A DNA stretch of 64,000 nucleotides from a bacterium (lineage in GTDB: Bacteria > Patescibacteriota > Minisyncoccia > JAHIHE01), in contig JAUYBG010000010.1 of assembly GCA_030693205.1 (NCBI GenBank), forward strand, positions 66,059-130,058. The letters are read 5' to 3'. The position numbers and the translations under genes were made by a program. The notes under the pieces were generated by a model, which was not told the DNA's origin, made no database searches, and saw nothing but the letters and a program-made list of their open reading frames with translations. Positions 55,906 through 64,000 of this stretch are shown here, in pieces; positions within the stretch are counted from its first letter, which is position 1; each line of letters opens with the position of its first letter.

Positions 55906-57546
55906 CTATATTTTTCCGCTTCCTCCATCCACTTCCGACGCGCTAACGGTAAAAATATTAACCAAGCGCCTTTTGACCGCACGGACAAACAGCGAAAGTT
56001 CGCGAACCTGGAAAATCCAGGCAAAAAACGAAAAAGCCAGCGCCAGAGCTGCAAAGCCGGCCGTTAAACGAATCGCCAGCGCCAAACTGTTCATTTTATA
56101 AAAATCGCCCGGGAATAAACTCGTCAAAAACCAAACCGCGGCTCCGCCCAAGGCGCTGGCAACAAAAATTTTGCCAAACGATTTCACAACACGCGCTTCG
56201 TCCAAGTAATTTATTTTTCTTCTCAAGAAAAAATACAGCATAAAAAAATTAACAATATTCATCAACGAAAAAGCGATCGCAAGCCCCACCACGCCGAAAC
56301 CGGAATAAAAAACAAACCAAGTCGCCGCCCCGACATTCGCCGCCAAGCCGAACAAGCTGGTGTAGAAAGGGGTTTTTGTGTCGCCCAGCGCCCAAAAAGT
56401 TCTCACTACTTGCGAGACCAAAGATTGCGCCGCGAGCCCCAAAGCCAGAAAAACCAAACTGGTTTCCGTGGTCGCATAATCGATATCTGCTCTTCTCCCG
56501 ATAAAATGGACGATCTCGGATCTAAAAATAACAAGAAATGCCGTTGCCGGAATTATAAAAAAAATAATTTCCCTCATCGTGCGGGAAAAAACAGCGGTAA
56601 ATTTTTCTTTCTCGCCATTGGCCAAAAAAGCGGAGAGCGCGGGAAAAGCCGCGACTGAAAAAGATATTCCAATAAGGCCGAAAAATATATTATGGATATT
56701 GCCGGCAAGATAAAAAATAGACAGGCTTCCTGAAGCCAAAAATGAAGCAAAGATCGTAATAATAAAAAAATTTATCTGATTCACGCCCAAGCTCAAGGTT
56801 CTGGGCAGCATTATCCTGAAAATCCGCCGGACATCCGGGTTTTTCCAGTTAAAAGAAATTTTGTATTTATATCCGAGAGAAATTAAAACCGGAAGCTGCA
56901 CTAAAAAATGCAATATTGATCCCAGTATCACTCCCAGCGCTACGCCATAAATTCCCATTGATTTCGCAAAAAAAACCGCTCCAATGATTATTCCCGCATT
57001 ATAGACGACCGGCGCGAAAGCAAACATCATAAATCTTTTGCTGGATTGCAAAGCCGCGCCAACAACACTACTGATAGTAAGAAATATCGGACTTAAAAGC
57101 ATAATTCTCGTAAGCGCCAAAGTAGTTGCGAATTTTTCTCCGCTCCATCCCGGAACAATAAATTTCAAAAGAACCGGAGCGAATACCGCCAAAAGAAAAC
57201 TGCCCAGAATCACGCTAAATAAAAATATATTCATCACGTCATTGATCGTCTTCCAGGCAAGAGCGTCTTCCTTCCTGTAAAAATATTTGGAAAGTATCGG
57301 CACAAAACTGGCCGACAAAGCTCCGATTATCAAAAGATTGAATATCGTGTCGGGGATCCTGAAAGCGGCGTAATATATATCCAATTGATCTCCCGTGCCA
57401 AAAGTGCCGAATAAAATGCGATCCCGCACCAAACCTAAAAACTTGCTGGCTAAAGAAAAAAAACCGAGGACAATCGCCGCAGAAGCCAGGCTATCGATTT
57501 GATTGAAAAATATTTTTTTTAATATGTTCATTTTATATAAATACAA
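55906..57546 (-). CDS. murJ: Lipid II flippase MurJ (MviN)
   Basis: LGLVRD, D.Y.AAFRIPD, GALSASFVP, DTKTP; about 14 TM. Confidence 0.95.
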   Translation of the reverse strand: MYLYKMNILKKIFFNQIDSLASAAIVLGFFSLASKFLGLVRDRILFGTFGTGDQLDIYYAAFRIPDTIFNLLIIGALSASFVPILSKYFYRKEDALAWKTINDVMNIFLFSVILGSFLLAVFAPVLLKFIVPGWSGEKFATTLALTRIMLLSPIFLTISSVVGAALQSSKRFMMFAFAPVVYNAGIIIGAVFFAKSMGIYGVALGVILGSILHFLVQLPVLISLGYKYKISFNWKNPDVRRIFRIMLPRTLSLGVNQINFFIITIFASFLASGSLSIFYLAGNIHNIFFGLIGISFSVAAFPALSAFLANGEKEKFTAVFSRTMREIIFFIIPATAFLVIFRSEIVHFIGRRADIDYATTETSLVFLALGLAAQSLVSQVVRTFWALGDTKTPFYTSLFGLAANVGAATWFVFYSGFGVVGLAIAFSLMNIVNFFMLYFFLRRKINYLDEARVVKSFGKIFVASALGGAAVWFLTSLFPGDFYKMNSLALAIRLTAGFAALALAFSFFAWIFQVRELSLFVRAVKRRLVNIFTVSASEVDGGSGKI

Positions 57547-57561
57547 TTACGGCACATATTG

Positions 57562-57670
57562 AAAGCGAAGCCAATTTATTTTTGATTGTACAAGGGGATT
57601 CAGGGGTTCCCCTATACTCGCCTCGATTCGTCGAGTCGAAGCGGGCAAGAAAAAATAATTGGCGAGCTTT
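57562..57670. repeat. MITE-like element copy 2, with a 29-bp nested hairpin insertion at 57617-57645
   Basis: Aligns to 45745-45823 apart from the insert ctcgcctcgattcgtcgagtcgaagcggg. Confidence 0.85.
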
Positions 57671-57703
57671 GCCAAAAAAAGATTCAAAATCCTTATTAAT
57701 AAA

Positions 57704-59410
57704 TTATTTTCCAAAAATAACACCAGAAAATTTATCGCTTTCCATGTCTATAACTTTGGATATTTTTCCGTTTTTTATCGTAAAATCGGCGTAATTACCG
57801 ATTATTCTCCAATTTTCAGGAAAAGAAATTTCATGATTTATCGTTTTCAACCTCGCTCCGGATTGTTTTTGGAACAAAATACTGTAAGAACCGGTGGCTT
57901 GCGGAGCGTCAAAATCAACTTTGAATGGCAATCTGTAGCGGTACGAAACGGTAACGCTCTCGCCAAGGCTGACATAAACCCAGGAAGCAAAAACCGTCTT
58001 TTCCGCTTCGCGCAAAATTTCCACGTTATTTTTCAAATCAACTTCTTTGCTATTTTCTGTTTCTGTCAATAATTCATCTTTTACAAAATTACTGTAATCA
58101 ACCGCGGAGTCTTTGACAAAATGATCATCCTTTGTCATTCCTGTCGCCTCGATAAGTTCACTGCCGCGGGGAACGTAAATCCTGAGATAATCGCTATTTA
58201 CTCTCTTATACCAATCATCCATGCTTTCATCCCCTTTGTGCGCGCGCGTGATCGTCAGCGTATTAATTACGGAACCGTCTTCTTCTATCTCGCTCGTCAA
58301 AGTCGCGGCCTCATCCATCACCGCATCGGTCTTAAAGCCATTAATGCTCGAGTGCACGATGGCCAAATAATCTTTTTCGGAATAATTGGCTTTCCCCGCC
58401 CAATTATGGTCTTCAACAAATGCCTGCGCTCCGCTATCTTTAAAATTCACTTGAATATCTTTTTGATCCAGATTAACAATGAAATTTTTGGCAATGGAAA
58501 TCTTTTTATACGCTGGCAAACTATCAAGCTTTTCTTTCAGCACCTTAAGAAAATCCGCCAAAAAAAGCTTGGGCTGATTGACGGTTTTGTCGTATTCGCT
58601 TTCCACCTGCCGCGATGTCAGCTCAATGAAATTCTTCTCGCTTAATTCAACGCCATATTTTTCAACCTTTACCGGTCCGATCGCTTTCAGCAGATCCAAA
58701 ACAACTTTCGGGTTTATCGCGATTATGCCGTCCATCGTCTCTCCTCCGGCTCTCTCGTAAAACCAGTTTATTTTTTCCGACGAAGTGGGAAAATCAAAAA
58801 ACCAATTAGAGTCATGCAGGCTCCAGGCAGCGCTTATTTTTTTTATCGGCCGCGGGGGCTCAATGTTCCCGATAAGCTGGCCATCGATATTATAAACATC
58901 GTTCAGTTTTATGCTTTCAACTTTTCCCCCGTCGATTTTTAAAACCCCGACGCTCCCGATAAATCCGCCGGTGGCTCTGGATTCGGACGGGTTTTGAAAG
59001 ACGAGAAGATATTTCTTGGGCCAATCAAAACCCAAGATACTCTTGAATTCTTCGAAACTGCCCGCCAGCTCTTTTATTTTCTTGGTTTCCTTGGTTCCGG
59101 GAAGAAAATTTACCGCTTCCAAAAGCCTGCCAAGCTCCGCAATATTTTCTTCGCTCATGGCGCTCGCCGTCAGATAATTATTTTTTATTTCCCTAAAACT
59201 TTTGTAAAGATCCGTGCTGTAATTCGCGATGCTTAAAAACGCCGCGAGAATTATACCGGCGATCATTTTTTTAAAAGGAAATCTGCTTTTTACCGGTTGC
59301 GCTTCGCACAAGACTTCTTTCTCTTTTCTCGACAAGTCCAGCACATAAGGACCCAAATCATTGCCATTTTCCTTTTTATTCATTCCGTTGGAAATATTAT
59401 ATTTTTGCAT
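57704..59410 (-). CDS. DUF4012-domain membrane-anchored protein
   Basis: YLLVFQN..E.RATGGFIGS, DSNWF.DFP.S, DG.IAI, YLR.YVP.GS, QKQSG. Confidence 0.8.
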   Translation of the reverse strand: MQKYNISNGMNKKENGNDLGPYVLDLSRKEKEVLCEAQPVKSRFPFKKMIAGIILAAFLSIANYSTDLYKSFREIKNNYLTASAMSEENIAELGRLLEAVNFLPGTKETKKIKELAGSFEEFKSILGFDWPKKYLLVFQNPSESRATGGFIGSVGVLKIDGGKVESIKLNDVYNIDGQLIGNIEPPRPIKKISAAWSLHDSNWFFDFPTSSEKINWFYERAGGETMDGIIAINPKVVLDLLKAIGPVKVEKYGVELSEKNFIELTSRQVESEYDKTVNQPKLFLADFLKVLKEKLDSLPAYKKISIAKNFIVNLDQKDIQVNFKDSGAQAFVEDHNWAGKANYSEKDYLAIVHSSINGFKTDAVMDEAATLTSEIEEDGSVINTLTITRAHKGDESMDDWYKRVNSDYLRIYVPRGSELIEATGMTKDDHFVKDSAVDYSNFVKDELLTETENSKEVDLKNNVEILREAEKTVFASWVYVSLGESVTVSYRYRLPFKVDFDAPQATGSYSILFQKQSGARLKTINHEISFPENWRIIGNYADFTIKNGKISKVIDMESDKFSGVIFGK

Positions 59411-59431
59411 TTTATAATTTTCTTTTAAATC

Positions 59432-60619
59432 TTATGGCTTCTCGGGAGATAAGTTTTTTTCTAAAATTTTGCGATAGATTTTATAAGTTTCTTCCGCCAT
59501 GCGGCGCCAAGAAAAATCTTCCAGTCTTCTATGTCCACTCTTGATCATTTTTTCCCTTAAATCACTGTCGGTTAAAACTTTTTTCATCGCCTCTGCCATT
59601 TCTTGATGATCATTGGGATCAAAATACAATGCGCTTTCGCCCAATACCTCGGGAAGCGAAGTTATTCTAGAAGCAACTACCGGCGCGCCGCTAGCAAACG
59701 CTTCCAGTCCCACCAGCCCAAAACCCTCGTAAAAAGACGGGATGACAAAAAGCGAGCAAATATTATAAAACTGGCACAATTCGCCGGCAGGAATAAAGCC
59801 GGGACAAATTATATCGTTTTCCAAATTTAAACTGCGAATTGTTTTTTTAACCTCCGGATAAAAAGGATCTTCTTTGCCGCCAAGAACCAGCTGATAAGCG
59901 CTTCCAAAATCTTTTTTAAAAATCGCAAAGGCCTTGATCAGCCCAACAATATTTTTATGATTGCGCCAGACACCGGTATAAAAAATGAACGGCTTCGCGA
60001 TGCCATATTTAGCGCTTAGCTCTTCTCTTATTTTATCACGATTTGGCAAAATCCTGAAATCGTCGCTAACCCCTTCATAGGTCACGGTTATTTTGCTTTC
60101 CTTGGCGCCAAAATGCCTTATTATATCACGCTTGGTGGAAGCGGAAACGGCGATAACCGCGCTGGCTTTTTTGATCGAGGCGGCAAAAACCAGCCTGAAA
60201 GCCAATCTTCTTATCAATGAGTTCATTTTATTTCCCGGAAAGAAAAAAGGAGTAATGTCGTGGATGGTCACTACGGACCTTCCGGGATATAAAACCGGGC
60301 TATTGAAATGCGGAAAATGCGCGAGATCCAGCCGCTCGCCCAAAAGGTCAAACGGCAAGGCGATTTGTTCCCGCCATGAATACCAATGAGACCCTGTTTT
60401 TATTTTTTTAAAATTCTTTCCGGGCAATTGGAATCTATCAAACTCTTTCTCCGATAAAAAAATCACATATTGATTATTTTTATCAATTTCCGCCAAATTG
60501 ATGATCAAATTCCGGATATAATTGCCAATACCGGTCTGTTCCGCGCCATACATTCTGGCATCAATACCGATTTTATGCGGTTTAATCTTCTTATTAATCA
60601 ACAGCTCTGTTTTATTCAT
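59432..60619 (-). CDS. Glycosyltransferase family 4 (GT-B)
   Basis: IGIDAR, GIG.Y, VVTIHD, KN...LI.AF, PS.YEGFGL..LEA. Confidence 0.93.
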   Translation of the reverse strand: MNKTELLINKKIKPHKIGIDARMYGAEQTGIGNYIRNLIINLAEIDKNNQYVIFLSEKEFDRFQLPGKNFKKIKTGSHWYSWREQIALPFDLLGERLDLAHFPHFNSPVLYPGRSVVTIHDITPFFFPGNKMNSLIRRLAFRLVFAASIKKASAVIAVSASTKRDIIRHFGAKESKITVTYEGVSDDFRILPNRDKIREELSAKYGIAKPFIFYTGVWRNHKNIVGLIKAFAIFKKDFGSAYQLVLGGKEDPFYPEVKKTIRSLNLENDIICPGFIPAGELCQFYNICSLFVIPSFYEGFGLVGLEAFASGAPVVASRITSLPEVLGESALYFDPNDHQEMAEAMKKVLTDSDLREKMIKSGHRRLEDFSWRRMAEETYKIYRKILEKNLSPEKP

Positions 60620-60701
60620 ACTTTGACGAAAAAATTGTTTTATTAAGTGATTTTAAGTTTTTTCTAATGGCCATTGATTTAAGCTGAAATATGTTCTTTG
60701 T

Positions 60702-60776
60702 ATCATCCCGAACTTGTTTCGGGATTTATCGCGAATTTTCGGCTTGATCTAGATGCTGAAACAAGTTCAGCATGAC
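60702..60776. repeat. TCA...TGAC double-hairpin palindromic element
   Basis: atcatcccgaacttgtttcgggat ... atgctgaaacaagttcagcatgac. Confidence 0.8.
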
Positions 60777-60916
60777 AAAACTTAAAATGAGTTCTATTGT
60801 TTATATTATAACACGAGAAGGAATTCGAGAAAACGGCCAAAATAAAAAAGCGCTCTTTGGAGAAGCGTCAAAAAGTCTTTGTATAAAAGGATAATGAAAT
60901 TTATAAGTGATGTTTG

Positions 60917-61282
60917 CTAAAACGCGCTTTTTTCCGCCAGCATTCCCAAAAGATTTTTTACCGCTTCCTGCGAATCTTTTTCGCCTGGGCTGTCAATAAA
61001 TTTTTTCCACTGGGCTAAAATTTCCGCGTCGCCTAAATTCCGCACCGCATTCTCCAATTCCAAACGCGTTTCAATATCCACTGTGCCGTTCGCTTTCAGT
61101 ATTTTATCAATAAACATCTTATTGAAATCCAAATACTTTTTATTGGATTGAACTGCTTCCAAAGAACTTTTTGCCTGATTCAATTCTTTTTGCTGAGAAA
61201 AATATTTAATGGCGAAATAAATGTTGCCGGCTAAGAGCAAAATAAAAACCATGAGGCATGCGAATTTTTGATTATTAGACAT
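60917..61282 (-). CDS. Hypothetical membrane-anchored protein
   Basis: N-terminal TM followed by a helical region. Confidence 0.6.
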   Translation of the reverse strand: MSNNQKFACLMVFILLLAGNIYFAIKYFSQQKELNQAKSSLEAVQSNKKYLDFNKMFIDKILKANGTVDIETRLELENAVRNLGDAEILAQWKKFIDSPGEKDSQEAVKNLLGMLAEKSAF

Positions 61283-61446
61283 AGCTGTTGATTTAATTTA
61301 AAATAATAAATTTAAAAATAATTCAAAATGACTAATTTAAAAACTTTTAAATTTTCCTGCACAATTTTTTAATTTGTTTTAATATTTTTAATTTAAAATT
61401 TATCATTGTTTTTGAATTTTAAATTTTGAATTTGTTATTTACAGCT

Positions 61447-63783
61447 TTAACCTTTTCTTCTTCTATCTTGATAAAAATTATATGCCAGAAAATAAGCAAG
61501 GATAAGCGCGACAATAGCCAGTCCTGCTATCGCTATCATCTCCCAATCCCTTGCCAGCGAGAATTTAGGTTTCAATTCCAAATTCATATGAACATTGCCG
61601 GCTTCGGAAACGGCAAAATTATCGCTTTGATGCGGATAATAGCCCGGGGCTTCGGCTTTGAGATAATAAGAACCGGCCGGAACCAGGAAAGAATATTTGC
61701 CGGTAGCATCCGTGGTCTGGGGATTTTTTTGATCAAAGTTTTGAGCCGGCCAGAGTTCATACTGGTTATTGGCAGGATTTAATCGGTAAATTGAAACTTT
61801 CACATTCTTAACTCTCGTTTCTTCTTCATTGGCTTCTTTGCGATACACATACCCTTCCGGATCAATCACTGTGATTAAGCGGATTTCTTTGGCAGGAATT
61901 GATTGATTTTGGTAGCTGATTAAAGAAATAATTTCGTATTCACCGGTGACAGCCGGAGTTTGGATGTCAGCAGTCCAGATGCCGTCTTTGTCAGAGTCAG
62001 AGTATTGAAATTGAGCCAGGACAAATCGCTGCTCGACTTCTTGGGGTTTGGATTCTTGAGCAGAAGCGGAAGAAATTAGAAAAGAAGAAATATCATCCCA
62101 AAAAGAGAGACCTTCTGGCGCGGGATTGGCGGAATACGCGCTTTTTTTCAAAGCTATATAACCGCTGATGGAGCGGGCCGGTTTATCCGGCTTAAAAGCG
62201 ATACTTAGATTGGTTGAGGAAGGAGCGGAGATTTTTTGCTTCAGGGAATTCTCATCCATCACCAAGGAAGAATCAAGATTGATTTTTCCCGAGGCGGCGG
62301 AAACAAAGACGACTTCCGAGGGTATTTGTTCCTTTAAATTGGCGGGAAGATCAGCTAAAGGCGTTGGATTGCTGTCCGCCGGCTGAAGCTTGAGAATTTT
62401 CCAGAGATTGGGAATGCTAAAGCTGACGGATGGAACGCGGGAAGCGATATCGGAAATTTGAGAGATGCCAAGCTTTTTAAAAGTTTCGGCCAAAGAAGAA
62501 AATTTTTCAGTGAAAAAAGATATTTCATTGGTTTGAGGAGAAAAGTTTTTAACTTCCGGCAATTTTATAAGGTTCCAATCGGGATTAACGGGCTCGGGCT
62601 TTTCCGGCGGGGTTTCAAAATATGGAGGAGGAGGAGCGGGCTGGGCTTCGCCCTCCGCAGCCTTTGGTGAAGGATGTGGAGTTGCTTCGCCTGCCGCGGC
62701 TTTTGGCGAAGACTGAGGAGAAACTTGAGGAATTACAGACGGCGCGGGAATAACCGGCAAAGAGGCAATAATAATTATGGAATCGGAATAAACTTGCGAG
62801 CTTACGCCATATTGGGTGTAAAATTTTGCGTATAAAATTCTTTTTATCCCTTGTTTGGGAATTTGGCTATTGGGAATTGGCAATAACTCCCATTTTATTT
62901 CTTGTTGAAAAGGAAACTGGCTGGCATTTTTAAAATCAGGAAATTCGGAAATTGCCATTCTAACAGTGTCCGAGCCGACAATTAAAGTAAGATTAACTGT
63001 GGAACTATTTGTATATTCAGCGCCTTGATTAATGGAAATTTTAAATCCGGCTTCGGGATTAGTTGGCGGATTGTAAGCCGCGGGAGGCAAGCCGCCGCCG
63101 GAAGAGCAAGTTTGGCTTAAAATCGGACTTCCTCCGCTGCATCCGGAAGGAGATGACGAAATAATAGTTCTGGTTTGCTGGCCGACAGAACAACCGCTCC
63201 AGTCGGAATATGTCCAAGATACACAAGGCCTCGCGCTTTGCGGCCGCCAGTCGGTCTTGACTTTATAGTCCCCGCCGAAAATAATCCAGCCGATATTTTC
63301 GCTCAAAGCCGATCCGGTGAATTCGCCCGATGAATTAATAATCACGCCGCCATTAGCCGGATTGAATTTTATCCAGCCGGTGTTTTCGCTCCATCCATAA
63401 CCTGATAAATTTCCTTCGCCATCGTTAATAATATTGCTTAAATTTATCCAGCCGGCAGTTTCACTTAAAGCATATCCAGTCATCCCGGAATCCGTCACAT
63501 GGACATTGCCGTTAGCGGTACCGAAATTTATCCAGCCAATGTTTTCTTCCCAAGCGTATTTATAAACGCTGTCAATAGTGCCGTCAGTGGTTGAAGCGGA
63601 AACGGGAAATGCAAAAATAGCGCTTATAAAAACAAGCCCCGTTAGAAACGCGAAGAAGCTTAGAGCGCCAGCACCAATGATATTTTTTAATTTATCTTGT
63701 TTTTTTACTTTCATAATTTCTAACGGGGTAAATGGTATAATGAAATAATGCATTAAGTTTTTGAAGCCTTTGTTTTTATTCAT
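61447..63783 (-). CDS. Surface protein: (GYAW.EN.GWI) repeats, TSP1-like Cys module, carboxypeptidase-regulatory-like domain, C-terminal TM
   Basis: Four W/LSEN.GWI repeats; C..W.YSDWS.C..G.QTR; DPEGYVY, NPQ.TD..G.YSFLVP.G.YY. True start is 63783, 63753 or 63714, not 63903. Confidence 0.75.
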   Translation of the reverse strand: MNKNKGFKNLMHYFIIPFTPLEIMKVKKQDKLKNIIGAGALSFFAFLTGLVFISAIFAFPVSASTTDGTIDSVYKYAWEENIGWINFGTANGNVHVTDSGMTGYALSETAGWINLSNIINDGEGNLSGYGWSENTGWIKFNPANGGVIINSSGEFTGSALSENIGWIIFGGDYKVKTDWRPQSARPCVSWTYSDWSGCSVGQQTRTIISSSPSGCSGGSPILSQTCSSGGGLPPAAYNPPTNPEAGFKISINQGAEYTNSSTVNLTLIVGSDTVRMAISEFPDFKNASQFPFQQEIKWELLPIPNSQIPKQGIKRILYAKFYTQYGVSSQVYSDSIIIIASLPVIPAPSVIPQVSPQSSPKAAAGEATPHPSPKAAEGEAQPAPPPPYFETPPEKPEPVNPDWNLIKLPEVKNFSPQTNEISFFTEKFSSLAETFKKLGISQISDIASRVPSVSFSIPNLWKILKLQPADSNPTPLADLPANLKEQIPSEVVFVSAASGKINLDSSLVMDENSLKQKISAPSSTNLSIAFKPDKPARSISGYIALKKSAYSANPAPEGLSFWDDISSFLISSASAQESKPQEVEQRFVLAQFQYSDSDKDGIWTADIQTPAVTGEYEIISLISYQNQSIPAKEIRLITVIDPEGYVYRKEANEEETRVKNVKVSIYRLNPANNQYELWPAQNFDQKNPQTTDATGKYSFLVPAGSYYLKAEAPGYYPHQSDNFAVSEAGNVHMNLELKPKFSLARDWEMIAIAGLAIVALILAYFLAYNFYQDRRRKG
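63637..63728. repeat. CCCCGTTAGAAA-ended element overlapping the signal-peptide region
   Basis: Perfect 12-bp IR ccccgttagaaa / tttctaacgggg. Confidence 0.8.
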
Positions 63784-63830
63784 ATTTATATTAATATCTA
63801 ATGAAAATTGTATCACTAAATCCGAATACC

Positions 63831-63872
<42 letters not shown>

Positions 63873-64000
63873 AATCCGCGCTCGGATATTCCTGCCCCGT
63901 CAAATCCGCAGGATTATTCGGGGTTTTCTTTTGAAAATCTCCTAATCGCTTATTACCAATGCCGGAAAACTAAAAGAAAAAGCTCAAGCGCGGCAAAATT

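Noticed and set aside
679-62670. Numerous overlapping or antisense ORFs in the track (e.g. 4013-4726, 16745-17473, 18521-19240, 35617-36315, 38976-39578)
   Set aside because: They are shadows of well-supported genes on the other strand or frame and have no recognisable motifs.

Overview
AT-rich bacterial chromosome segment, most consistent with a Patescibacteria/CPR (Parcubacteria-like) genome using code 11. The lineage is inferred from gene style, not from a search. Housekeeping content: gatB, miaA, miaB, thrS, dnaE, a polyprenyl synthase, a short dcw cluster (mraZ-rsmH-ftsL-ftsI-murF-like), two FemABX genes, a cyclophilin, rsmE, iscU, lepA, murJ, tRNA-Glu and tRNA-Leu. Accessory content: (i) a nucleotide-enzyme cluster at 0.5-5.4 kb ending in an MtrA-like/ThyA-like/DUF4346 fusion; (ii) a surface-protein island at 21-33 kb with a large Ig-repeat protein, an adjacent dockerin and membrane-anchored cohesin pair, a subtilisin and an M23-NosD chimera; (iii) an IS481-like element, a free-standing LAGLIDADG gene and a HicBA-like pair. 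The strongest unexplained signal is a set of tiny palindromic elements. A 293-bp unit holds only an 84-aa GIY-YIG gene between inverted repeats. Gene-less copies of the same ends are scattered across the window, overlap gene starts and stops, and bracket a tRNA. Several other palindrome families sit in frame inside housekeeping proteins. Also notable are an atypical T-box leader upstream of thrS and an orphan ~200-nt structured RNA candidate at 45.4-45.6 kb. All calls come from manual motif reading; no database searches or folding programs were run.
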